Shown piece by piece: positions 1 through 8,365 of a stretch of DNA of 55,545 bases. How positions within the stretch are numbered: position 1 is the first letter of the stretch; the number at the start of each line of letters is the position of its first letter. The DNA lies in contig JBBTRG010000005.1 of NCBI GenBank assembly GCA_038065295.1, positions 1 to 55,545 of the forward strand. The letters run 5' to 3'. Made by a program: the position numbers and the translations under genes. Source of the stretch: Patescibacteria group bacterium. Lineage in GTDB: Bacteria > Patescibacteriota > Minisyncoccia > JACROR01. Under the pieces are notes generated by a model. That model searched no databases and was not told the origin of the DNA. It saw nothing but the letters and a program-made list of their open reading frames with translations.

Positions 1-388
1 CGCCGCCACCTCCGCCGCTATCCATAACGCAAGCTGTGGATTTAGGAGATATAGTGGGGGTTACCTGTACGCCGTCTGACGGATTACTGATAGTAGTAAC
101 CGCATTTGAAGAAGTGCAAGTTGAAGTAATTTGCAAGGATCCCAACTGATCAACGGTCAACAACCTTCTATCCGAAGAGGTTATTTCAACGGTCTGCCCT
201 CCAGACAAGGTAACGGTAAAATCGCTGGTATTGACCGTTATGGAATCAATGTTAGCCGTGGTTCCTGACACGCTCAAATTAATGCCTCCCACGTTGATTA
301 AGACACCCGCCAACAAACTAAGCTCTGCGGCTAATACCGAAACAGGCAAAAGCAAGCTCAAGAAAATTGTTAAATAAATTTTCATCAT
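1..388 (-). CDS. secreted Thr/Ser/Gly-rich protein, N-terminal fragment (gene continues beyond window start)
   Basis: Absent from the ORF track because no stop lies in the window. My hand translation of the minus strand from ATG 388..386 gives MMKIYLTIFLSLLLPVSVLAAELSLLAGVLINVGGINLSVSGTTANIDSITVNTSDFTVTLSGGQTVEITSS... and stays open in frame to position 2. This is a signal peptide plus a T/S/G-rich mature part ending in a Gly run. Confidence 0.55.
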   Translation of the reverse strand, partial: MMKIYLTIFLSLLLPVSVLAAELSLLAGVLINVGGINLSVSGTTANIDSITVNTSDFTVTLSGGQTVEITSSDRRLLTVDQLGSLQITSTCTSSNAVTTISNPSDGVQVTPTISPKSTACVMDSGGGGG

Positions 389-416
389 ATTGTTTGTTAA
401 ATTTTCAAAAGCTAAA

Positions 417-1118
417 TTATCTTACTGCCCAGAAATTAAGGGTGCCGGCCGGAGTATTGTTGGCGCCAGTAAGATTTGATATTTCAACTCCAATTGTGTT
501 AACGGCCGTTGAAGATGCCGCGGTAATCGTAAATCCTCCCCAACCACCTGTAAGATGAGTTGCGAGAGAACTGGTGGCACTAACAAAAACCTTTTCACTG
601 CCTCTTATTCCGGTAGCTGATACACAAGAAGTGCCCGCGGTGCTGGAAGCATTAATAGATTTTTGAGTCAAATTACAAGTTCCAAAAATCATACCGGCAA
701 TTGTTCCATTGGTAGAATCCCCGCCGACAATCAATGCACCAGTGGTGCTGGCAATGCCAGTAACATAAAGATTATTACCCACAGTAAACGAATTCGTTGT
801 AGATGCATTTCCAGTAAGCGTAATTGCATCCGCGGCCCCATCACCCAGGGTAACATTGCCAAAGGCCGTAAATACTCCGGTCACCTGCAAAGTACTGGAG
901 GCTTGTAATCCGCTGGTAAACACGGCATTAAGTATAATAATGTCAGTTGCTGTGGCATTGCCAAGCGTCGTGTTGCCATTGATGGTCAACGTGCCATCGG
1001 TGCTAATATTCGTACTAATCGTAGTGGCCGCGTGCGTAAATAAAGCCACTAAAAGAAAAGACATCAAGCTCGCCATTACAATGCCCGACATTCTTTTCGT
1101 ATCTAAAAATCTTTGCAT
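417..1118 (-). CDS. secreted Thr/Asn/Gly/Ser-rich repeat protein (beta-solenoid-like surface protein), function unknown
   Basis: 233-aa ORF with an N-terminal signal peptide (SGIVMASLMSFLLVALFTHA then ATT). The mature part consists of degenerate repeats such as GTLTINGNTTLGNA, LQVTGVFTAFGNVTLGDG and ITLTGNASTTNSFTVGNNLYVTG. It has one Cys pair (CNLTQ...GTSC) and 10 N-x-S/T tripeptides counted by hand. Confidence 0.6.
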   Translation of the reverse strand: MQRFLDTKRMSGIVMASLMSFLLVALFTHAATTISTNISTDGTLTINGNTTLGNATATDIIILNAVFTSGLQASSTLQVTGVFTAFGNVTLGDGAADAITLTGNASTTNSFTVGNNLYVTGIASTTGALIVGGDSTNGTIAGMIFGTCNLTQKSINASSTAGTSCVSATGIRGSEKVFVSATSSLATHLTGGWGGFTITAASSTAVNTIGVEISNLTGANNTPAGTLNFWAVR

Positions 1119-1193
1119 AACTATTATATTTTACTAATTAATAATTTTTCTAAATAAATAATTAACATTATAAATCGACATTTATAATGCATT

Positions 1194-1221
1194 ATCATAA
1201 TTATAAAATACAATGTATCAA
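1194..1221 (-). promoter_or_regulatory. candidate sigma70-type promoter for the secreted-protein gene
   Basis: On the minus strand: TTGATA (1221..1216), a 16-nt spacer, then TATGAT (1199..1194). It lies downstream of the terminator of the preceding gene and about 75 nt upstream of ATG 1118. The region is AT-rich, so a chance match is possible. Confidence 0.25.
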
Positions 1222-1255
1222 TATGCCAAAAAGAGCTGTGGATAAGTAAGTGCGT

Positions 1256-1289
1256 GGAAATAAAAAGCATTGTCTTATTGGACAATGCT
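1256..1289 (-). terminator. Rho-independent terminator after the Wzy_C-TPR gene
   Basis: Perfect 9-bp stem (agcattgtc 1266..1274 / gacaatgct 1281..1289) with a 6-nt loop. On the minus strand it is followed by TTTTTATTT, and it starts 26 nt after the stop at 1315. Confidence 0.6.
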
Positions 1290-1314
1290 AAAGAATATCG
1301 CTAATTAAAACAAT

Positions 1315-3534
1315 CTATTGAATTTTGCCTGACTTAATATCATTTATAAGCCGTTCGCCCTCCTGCTTAAATTGTGGATCTATATCAACGGCCCTGGCAA
1401 GCGCCTCAATTGCCTTGGCGTAATCCTTTAATTGGACATAAGTTGCCGCCAAACTGACACGGTATTGGACATTGGACGGCTCGCTCTCAATCAACATGAG
1501 CCATGTATCCCTAACCCTGTCATACCTGCCTGCCAACGCATAAGCGGTGACCATTTGGGCATTCGGCAAGAGAATGGAGCCAAAAGTCCGCATTAAAATG
1601 GCGTCCGCTTCATCTTGTTTGCCATTCACTATGTTAAACATTGCAAACACCATAGCCGCCTGCTCAAAATTAGTATCCAAATCATAGGCGGTTTTCGCTG
1701 CCTCAAGAGCTTTTTCCGCATCCCCGGAAGATCGATAGATATCCGCGAGCAAAAAATAAATTTGCTGTTTACGGGGAGCGACCTCAAGCGCCTTATTTAA
1801 AAACGCTATCGCTTCCGCGGTCTTACCTCCACTACCGTAAAGAGATGCTAAAACAATGTAGGCCCTGGCATCATACGGGTTATCATTCACCTGATCACTA
1901 ACCTCCTCTATCGCCTTATTCAGAACACGCAATTTATTTTCGTTAGATAAACTGGACTTAACCACGTTGTTGGCATAACCGCTTAACTGCTCTCGAGCCT
2001 CACCATTGCCGAAAGTGCTATATGCAAAAACTTTATCAAAATCTTTCAAAATTAAATCCACATTGGATCCCTGCTGGTTTAAATCCCTCAAGGCATTCAA
2101 AAGCGCACGAGATGCCTGTATGGGCTTTGCATTGGCAAAATACATCACAACCGGCATACTAAATAAAACTAGGGTTGCCGCCATTACTTGCCAGAAAGCA
2201 ATTTTGCCTGCCTGTAATCTGCCATCAGCTTCCTCATGGTCAGTTGTCGCGTTATAAAAATGAATGAACCCCAAAAAAGTAAAAAATAAATAATAAGAAA
2301 CAAGATTGTCAAACACGAAAAGATTATGGAAAAAATAAGCAGCAAACATAGAAGTGAAAACCGCAGGAGCAAATACGCTGCCGACAACCGCTCTTTCTCG
2401 CGCATAACGCGCCCATAACATAGATAAGGCGGAGCCAAAAATGCTTAAATATGCAAGCAAGCCCAATACCCCTCCGGTAATCAGCCAGTCAAAAATTACA
2501 TTGTGCGAGCGATCAAACCACGGCTCCTGCCGCCACAACTTCGGATCATAATATTTATTGAAAACAATATTGTAATTCTCCGGACCCCAGCCAAGCAACG
2601 GACGCTCCTTAAATCCCTCCCACGACATCCCCCAAATAGTAAATCGCGACTCTACCGTGCGCTCATGAAGCGAGAGCCCGCTAAAACGCGACAGCACATA
2701 ATTACTTTTCACAAAATCGGTATCGCGCATGAGCCAAAAAGCTCCTCCCAAAAATGCTATGCCGGCAATAACGCCCATAGCCCCAAACTTCGCGCGCCTA
2801 TTTTGCGAAAAAATGCTTAATAAAAAAACTAACAAAATAATTCCACCGGCAAATCCCAAAATTGCCCCGCGCGTTGCTGTCAAAAAAATTACCGGCGCCT
2901 CAATGGCAAAAAGCGCGGCCCATAAAATTTTCCAGTAACGATTTTCCGCGCGCAAAAAAAGATAAATGGCCAAAAATGCCTGGAACATCATAAAAATCGC
3001 CATATAAGTAGCGTTGCCAAATGTGCCATCAACCCTCGGACCGCTTTGCTGGGAAATGGCAATCAGTCCCGCAAACTGGGCATAACCATATACCGCCATA
3101 GCGGCACCAGTTGCCGCCAAGCTATAAAACATTTTTTTCCAATCATCGATGCTTTTAAAAACGCTGATTAATACCAAAAAATAGGCAAACAAATGCAGAT
3201 GCCCCACCACGCCTTCCATCCTCTCGTAATTGGACCAAAAACTGCGATAAGGATTTTCACCGAACATGGCCGCCGCAGATAATATTAACACCGTAATGGC
3301 AACGGCATACAAAATGGGAGAAGTGGCAGGACGGTATTCGCGCTTAAAGATGGCTAAAATTATCCATAAGCCCAACAATATTTCCACAATGACTCGAAAT
3401 GCAAAATTCTTTCCCGTAATATACGGAAAAAACATAGTAGCGGAAACTATAAAAGCGATGAGCGGCAAAAACAAAAGCCCAACCTTGACTACATAACTTA
3501 AAATTTTTAAATAGGGTGCTGGCATTTTAATCAA
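1315..3534 (-). CDS. polytopic Wzy_C / O-antigen-ligase-like membrane protein fused to C-terminal TPR repeats
   Basis: 739 aa. The N-terminal ~460 aa contain many hydrophobic helices and a 'LTATRGAILGFAGG' segment typical of the O-antigen ligase/polymerase (Wzy_C) loop. The C-terminal ~250 aa are TPR-like (AYIVLASLYGSGGKTAEAIAFLNKALEVAP, YFLLADIYRSSGDAEKALEAAKTAYDLD, YRVSLAATYVQLKDYAKAIEALARAVDIDP). Confidence 0.75.
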   Translation of the reverse strand: MIKMPAPYLKILSYVVKVGLLFLPLIAFIVSATMFFPYITGKNFAFRVIVEILLGLWIILAIFKREYRPATSPILYAVAITVLILSAAAMFGENPYRSFWSNYERMEGVVGHLHLFAYFLVLISVFKSIDDWKKMFYSLAATGAAMAVYGYAQFAGLIAISQQSGPRVDGTFGNATYMAIFMMFQAFLAIYLFLRAENRYWKILWAALFAIEAPVIFLTATRGAILGFAGGIILLVFLLSIFSQNRRAKFGAMGVIAGIAFLGGAFWLMRDTDFVKSNYVLSRFSGLSLHERTVESRFTIWGMSWEGFKERPLLGWGPENYNIVFNKYYDPKLWRQEPWFDRSHNVIFDWLITGGVLGLLAYLSIFGSALSMLWARYARERAVVGSVFAPAVFTSMFAAYFFHNLFVFDNLVSYYLFFTFLGFIHFYNATTDHEEADGRLQAGKIAFWQVMAATLVLFSMPVVMYFANAKPIQASRALLNALRDLNQQGSNVDLILKDFDKVFAYSTFGNGEAREQLSGYANNVVKSSLSNENKLRVLNKAIEEVSDQVNDNPYDARAYIVLASLYGSGGKTAEAIAFLNKALEVAPRKQQIYFLLADIYRSSGDAEKALEAAKTAYDLDTNFEQAAMVFAMFNIVNGKQDEADAILMRTFGSILLPNAQMVTAYALAGRYDRVRDTWLMLIESEPSNVQYRVSLAATYVQLKDYAKAIEALARAVDIDPQFKQEGERLINDIKSGKIQ

Positions 3535-3561
3535 TACTCTTAAAAATTGATAATTTCTCTT

Positions 3562-4422
3562 TCATCGTGCGATATTAATGTTCCGTAACCAAAATTTATT
3601 TAAAGTTTTTTCTAATTTTTGTTTCTTCAATAATTCGCTATTTATTTTATCCACCGCCTTAAACAACTCTGGTTTTATTTTTTTATATTGAAAAACTTTA
3701 ATGAGGGTTTTTAAATCCTTTGGCAAACATTTACCGCCAAAGCCGCGATATTTTTTATGAATCACATGCAAATGATTACTACCTATCCAGGGCTCAGCCG
3801 CTAATGCTTCTTGAATGATTTTATAATCCACATTATAAGCTTGGCATAAATCATAAATTTGATTGGCAAAAATAACTTTAGTGGCAAAAAAAGCGTTGCG
3901 ACTGTATTTAAAAATTTCAGCGGCAGTGGCCGACATAATTTTTGCATATTTCGCGGAAGGTAAAATTTTTAAAACATGACTTACTAACGGTCTGCTTTTT
4001 TGAGTGCAACCGATCAATTGTAAGGCAGGTTTAGAAAAATCTTGCCAAGCCGTGGTTTCCGTCAACAATTCCGGATTATGCATAAAATAATGACGCGGGA
4101 AAAGCGTCTGCAGTTTTTCTGTTGTCCCAACCGGCACAGTTGATTTCACCACAAAAAGCTTCGGCTGTTTAAAAAACCTTATCATCTCTTTAAAAACCGA
4201 TAAATCCACGCCGCTTTTTTCTTTGTTAGAATAAGGCGTTGGCAAACACAAAAAAATAATCCGTGCCCTGTCTACATCTTCCCGAAAATCGCTTGCCTTA
4301 AATTTATCATAAGTAAAAATTTTATGGTTTTTTAATTTAAACCATCTTTGCACCTGCATGCCCACCATGCCAAGTCCGACTATGCCGATATTTTTATTAT
4401 CATTAGCAACAAATTTTGGCAT
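3562..4422 (-). CDS. short UDP-glucose/GDP-mannose dehydrogenase family protein (NAD-binding plus central domain only)
   Basis: 286 aa with a Rossmann motif NIGIVGLGMVGMQV and the family hallmark catalytic-Cys motif GFGGKCLPKDL near the C-terminus. No room remains for the usual C-terminal nucleotide-sugar-binding domain. Confidence 0.6.
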   Translation of the reverse strand: MPKFVANDNKNIGIVGLGMVGMQVQRWFKLKNHKIFTYDKFKASDFREDVDRARIIFLCLPTPYSNKEKSGVDLSVFKEMIRFFKQPKLFVVKSTVPVGTTEKLQTLFPRHYFMHNPELLTETTAWQDFSKPALQLIGCTQKSRPLVSHVLKILPSAKYAKIMSATAAEIFKYSRNAFFATKVIFANQIYDLCQAYNVDYKIIQEALAAEPWIGSNHLHVIHKKYRGFGGKCLPKDLKTLIKVFQYKKIKPELFKAVDKINSELLKKQKLEKTLNKFWLRNINIAR

Positions 4423-4433
4423 ATAATCTATTA

Positions 4434-5687
4434 TTATACCACCTTAACGTCTGGCACCGGAATAATAAATTTTCCTCCTCGCCCGCTAAACTCTTTTTCG
4501 TTGGCCATGATGGCATCGGCATAATTCCAAGCGAGCAATAAAAGATAATCCGGGCGCGTTTCTTTTAATTTGCAGGGTGGATATATTTTAATGCGCGATC
4601 CAGGAGTATAGAGTCCCTGCTTGAGAGGTGTGGTATCTATAATAAAGCTTGTTAAACTCGCATCTATTTTATAATAATTCAATAAAGTATTGCCCTTAGC
4701 TGGCGCGCCATAACCCACTACCATCTTGCCTTCACTCTTTAGAAGGACTAGCAAATCGTGCAGTTTTTTGCTGTTATTTTCTACTCTAGCAGCAAATTTC
4801 AAAAATGTATCTACATTTAATAATCCGAGTTTTTTCTCTTCTTCCAAGAATCTATCAACGGCTTCCAATTTATTTTTCTCTTTACCGACATAAACCCTCA
4901 TAGATTGTCCGTGGATGGGGACAAGCTCCACATCAAATATCTCGAGACCGAACTGTTTAGTTAGATATGAAAGTGAGCTTAAGGAAAAATAACATAAATG
5001 TTCGTGATAGATCTGATCAAACCCTCCCTCGCCTATCAAATTGCCAACCCAGTGAGCTTCAAAAACAAAAGCTCCGTCATCTGCCAGTAAATTTTTTACG
5101 CCCGCAAAAACATTTTTTATATCATCAATATGCGCAATAACGTTATTGGCCACGACGAGACGCGCGCTACCATACTTTCGCACAATCTGACCGGCAAGAT
5201 CATCGCTAAAAAAATCATTTATTGTTTCAATGCCTTTTTGTCTAGAAATATCCGCGATATTACGTGCCGGCTCTATATTCAATGCGCGACATTTGTCTTT
5301 GATGGCGGCAAGTAATACTCCGTCATTGCCGCCTATTTCAACAACTAGATCTCCTGGCGATTTAACAAATCTTGCGGCAAGTTGTTCTCCTGACTGCCTG
5401 AAATGATCGGCTAACGGTTTGCTCGCAGAAGTGCAATAATCATAGTGTCTGAAAAGAATTTCCGGATTAACCACATCCAAAAGCTGCAAAAGGGCGCAAT
5501 TCTTGCAAAAATATACCACCAAGGGAAATTTCTCCTCTGTTTTAGATAAAGCCCCTTCCTCTAAAAAGGCATTGGCCAAAGGCATTTTGCCAAGATCCAA
5601 AACTTTGATTAAATCGGATCCAGCACAGATACGGCACTGTGTTTTGTGAATAATATTTTCTTTCATGGTTGTAAGAATGGTCTCCAT
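4434..5687 (-). CDS. NDP-hexose C-methyltransferase-like SAM-dependent methyltransferase (Zn-ribbon N-terminus)
   Basis: 417 aa. N-terminal CRICAGSDL...LGKMPLANAF...FCKNCALLQL is the zinc-ribbon seen in TylCIII-type sugar C-methyltransferases. It is followed by a class I SAM fold (VVEIGGNDG). An alternative start, Met8 (ATG 5666), would give an ATGA overlap with the upstream stop. Confidence 0.7.
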   Translation of the reverse strand: METILTTMKENIIHKTQCRICAGSDLIKVLDLGKMPLANAFLEEGALSKTEEKFPLVVYFCKNCALLQLLDVVNPEILFRHYDYCTSASKPLADHFRQSGEQLAARFVKSPGDLVVEIGGNDGVLLAAIKDKCRALNIEPARNIADISRQKGIETINDFFSDDLAGQIVRKYGSARLVVANNVIAHIDDIKNVFAGVKNLLADDGAFVFEAHWVGNLIGEGGFDQIYHEHLCYFSLSSLSYLTKQFGLEIFDVELVPIHGQSMRVYVGKEKNKLEAVDRFLEEEKKLGLLNVDTFLKFAARVENNSKKLHDLLVLLKSEGKMVVGYGAPAKGNTLLNYYKIDASLTSFIIDTTPLKQGLYTPGSRIKIYPPCKLKETRPDYLLLLAWNYADAIMANEKEFSGRGGKFIIPVPDVKVV

Positions 5688-6502
5688 TCGGTATCCAAAT
5701 ACTCATACAGGGCCTCTCGCCATGGCCTCATCAAATTAACTTTGGAAACCAACCCCTCATTAAAAGTGCGCGGAGCGTCAAGATTAAAAAAACTTGTTTT
5801 TACCGGAGTTAAAACAATATCCGGTTTTAAAATCCTTATAATTTCTTGAGCAAACTCATAACGAGAGCAAACGCCGCTATTGGCAAGATTGAAAATTCCC
5901 ACGGCATCATCCTCAAGCAATTTCTTAATAGCCCCCATTAAATCCTTGCCGAAAGTGGGAGAACCGATCTGATCATCTACTGCTTTAAGTTCCGGCTTAT
6001 CAAATTGCTTGATAATTTTTGCCACGAATTTATGATCCTTGTCAGGTCCGCCACCAAACATCCAACAAACTCTGGCAATAATATAATCATGCAACATTCC
6101 CTGAACAGCCAATTCACCCACATGTTTTGACCGTCCATAATAATTTTGCGGATTTGGCCTATCTTCTTCGCTATAAGGACCTTTCTTGGTGCCATCAAAA
6201 GCTCCGGCCGTAGAAATATAAATCATTTTAATCCCCAACTCTCTAGCCATCAAAGCCATATGATAAGTTCCAACGCCGTTTACCAAATAAGCGTACGCGG
6301 GATCACGCTCACATCTATCCACGTCGGTTTCCGCGGCAAGATGAATGATTGCTTGAGGTTGATGACTATGGCAAAAATTTGTTACTTCCTTTAAATCTGT
6401 TACATCCAAAGAACGCCGGTTAGTTTTAATGCCAAAATCAACATAGCTCCCGACCATTCCGCCAGTGCCGGTTATTAAAACTTTTGAAAAATCCAATTTC
6501 AT
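5663..6502 (-). CDS. RmlD-family NDP-4-keto-6-deoxyhexose reductase
   Basis: 279 aa. Motifs VLITGTGGMVGS, AIIHLAAETDVDRCE and YGRSKHVGE (SDR Y-x3-K), with RmlD-like overall length and layout. Confidence 0.75.
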   Translation of the reverse strand: MKLDFSKVLITGTGGMVGSYVDFGIKTNRRSLDVTDLKEVTNFCHSHQPQAIIHLAAETDVDRCERDPAYAYLVNGVGTYHMALMARELGIKMIYISTAGAFDGTKKGPYSEEDRPNPQNYYGRSKHVGELAVQGMLHDYIIARVCWMFGGGPDKDHKFVAKIIKQFDKPELKAVDDQIGSPTFGKDLMGAIKKLLEDDAVGIFNLANSGVCSRYEFAQEIIRILKPDIVLTPVKTSFFNLDAPRTFNEGLVSKVNLMRPWREALYEYLDTEWRPFLQP

Positions 6503-6504
6503 AT

Positions 6505-7218
6505 TTATTTATTCTGATCAGCCATCCATGCGGCAGTTTTGAACAAAGACTCAAAAGTGCCAGCATCAGACCAATAGCCATTAACCATGCCGTATGATAA
6601 CTTATTTTCTGCAATATACATATTATGGATATCGGTGATCTCAAACTCGCCTCTCGCGGACGGTTTTAACGTTTTAATCTTTTCAAAAATGTCATTGTTG
6701 TAAAGATAAAAACCAACCGTGGCATAGTTAGATTTTGGATTGCGAGGCTTCTCTTCAATGCTGATGATTTTATCGTCCTGTATTTCCGCCACTCCAAATC
6801 TATGCGGGTCATCGACCTGCTTAAGAAACACCTTGGCTCCGTCACGATTGCTGAACGCGCCTACCTCCTTGGAAAAATTATCTTCAAATATATTGTCGCC
6901 CAAAATGACGGCTACAGAATCATCCTTCGCAAAATCTTCAGCCAAACTTAAGGCCGTGGCAATACCAGAAGCATTGTGTTCCAGTGAATAAGATAATTTT
7001 ACACCATGATCCGCTCCGGATCCCAAGAAATTCATAAAATGACCCGCGTGTTCCTTGCCGCAGACTATCATGATTTCCTGCACACCAGCCGTTTTCAGAG
7101 TATTTATGGGATATAAAATCATCGGCTTATTGTAAACCGGCAATAAATGTTTATTAGTAATAGCCGTCAAGGGGTGCAGTCTAGTGCCTCTGCCGCCCGC
7201 TAAAATTACTCCTTTCAT
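6505..7218 (-). CDS. rmlA: glucose-1-phosphate thymidylyltransferase (short form)
   Basis: The N-terminus MKGVILAGGRGTRLHPLTAITNKHLLPVYNKPMILYPI is the canonical RmlA signature. The protein is 237 aa. Confidence 0.8.
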   Translation of the reverse strand: MKGVILAGGRGTRLHPLTAITNKHLLPVYNKPMILYPINTLKTAGVQEIMIVCGKEHAGHFMNFLGSGADHGVKLSYSLEHNASGIATALSLAEDFAKDDSVAVILGDNIFEDNFSKEVGAFSNRDGAKVFLKQVDDPHRFGVAEIQDDKIISIEEKPRNPKSNYATVGFYLYNNDIFEKIKTLKPSARGEFEITDIHNMYIAENKLSYGMVNGYWSDAGTFESLFKTAAWMADQNK

Positions 7219-7240
7219 AATCTATTGATATATGCCATTG

Positions 7241-8299
7241 TTAAGCCTTTTTAAGCTTATGCGCCCTCCACAGATCTATGTGGGGATTAAAAACACCTGT
7301 TTTCTTGCGTATGTTATCTATCCACTTGGGATTTGTGATATACCAATCGGCGGTTTCTTGGAATGCTTTTTTGAAGTGATATTTTGGCCGCCAACCTAAA
7401 TCTTTTGTAATTTTTGAAGCGTCAACGGCATATCTGCGATCATGACCCGGACGATCGGCCACAAACTCCATCCAGGAACGATCTCGTCCGAATATTTTTA
7501 ATATCAAATCCGCAATTTCTAAATTATTCATTTCATTATCAGCGCCGATATTATACACCTCTCCCGGCACGCCCCTAAACAAGCATAGCCGCAGAGCCTC
7601 ACAATGATCCAAAACATAAATCCAGTCTCGTACATTTTCGCCGTCGCCATAAATAGGTAATTTTTTCCCTTCCAGCATTCTCAAAATAAAAAAGGGTATT
7701 AATTTTTCAGGATATTGATAGGGTCCGTAATTATTAGAACAATGCGTTACCACAACTGGCACGCCGAAAGTTTTGAAATAAGCTCGGCAAAGCAAATCAC
7801 CACCTGCCTTAGTGGCCGCATATGGCACATTAGGGGCAAACGGCGTGGACTCTCTAAAAAGCGCTTGGGACTTTAATGACAAACTGCCATAAACTTCATC
7901 AGTGGAAACCTGGACAAATTTTTTAATATTCGCGCATGTCTTTACTCCCTCCAAAATATTAAAGACGCCGTTGATATTAGTGTTGATAAATTCACGCGAT
8001 CCAACGTGAATACTCCTGTCCACATGCGTCTCCGCGGCAAAGTTGATCACATAGTCCGGCTTAAAACTATTGAGAATGCTGGATATTTTCTTGGCATTGG
8101 CGATATCGCCGCGCACAAATCGATAGCGCTTATTACTTTTTATGTCCTTCAAATTATCTAAATTGCCGGAATAGGTCAGAAAGTCATAATTGAGAATGCG
8201 TAAATTTTTCTCCTTATTTAAGATAAATCTAATAAAGTTGGAGCCGATAAATCCGGCTCCTCCGCAAACCAATAGCTTTGTTGGTCTTGCTGCTGCCAT
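7241..8299 (-). CDS. rmlB: dTDP-glucose 4,6-dehydratase
   Basis: Motifs GGAGFIGSNF, VSTDEVYGS, YAATKAGGDLL and RPGHDRRYAVD; 352 aa. Confidence 0.9.
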   Translation of the reverse strand: MAAARPTKLLVCGGAGFIGSNFIRFILNKEKNLRILNYDFLTYSGNLDNLKDIKSNKRYRFVRGDIANAKKISSILNSFKPDYVINFAAETHVDRSIHVGSREFINTNINGVFNILEGVKTCANIKKFVQVSTDEVYGSLSLKSQALFRESTPFAPNVPYAATKAGGDLLCRAYFKTFGVPVVVTHCSNNYGPYQYPEKLIPFFILRMLEGKKLPIYGDGENVRDWIYVLDHCEALRLCLFRGVPGEVYNIGADNEMNNLEIADLILKIFGRDRSWMEFVADRPGHDRRYAVDASKITKDLGWRPKYHFKKAFQETADWYITNPKWIDNIRKKTGVFNPHIDLWRAHKLKKA

Positions 8300-8365
8300 A
8301 CACGAAAGAATATAACGCTATTTCATTAGTGTCAATTTGCCTCATTGGCTGTAGCCAACCCCCAA

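Noticed and set aside
417-1118. Ten N-x-S/T sequons in the 233-aa secreted protein, considered as evidence for N-glycosylation.
   Set aside because: The protein is so rich in Asn, Thr and Ser that many sequons are expected by composition alone. None has the acidic -2 residue required by PglB-type enzymes, and no STT3 homologue is evident. I kept only the general idea that it is a candidate glycoprotein.
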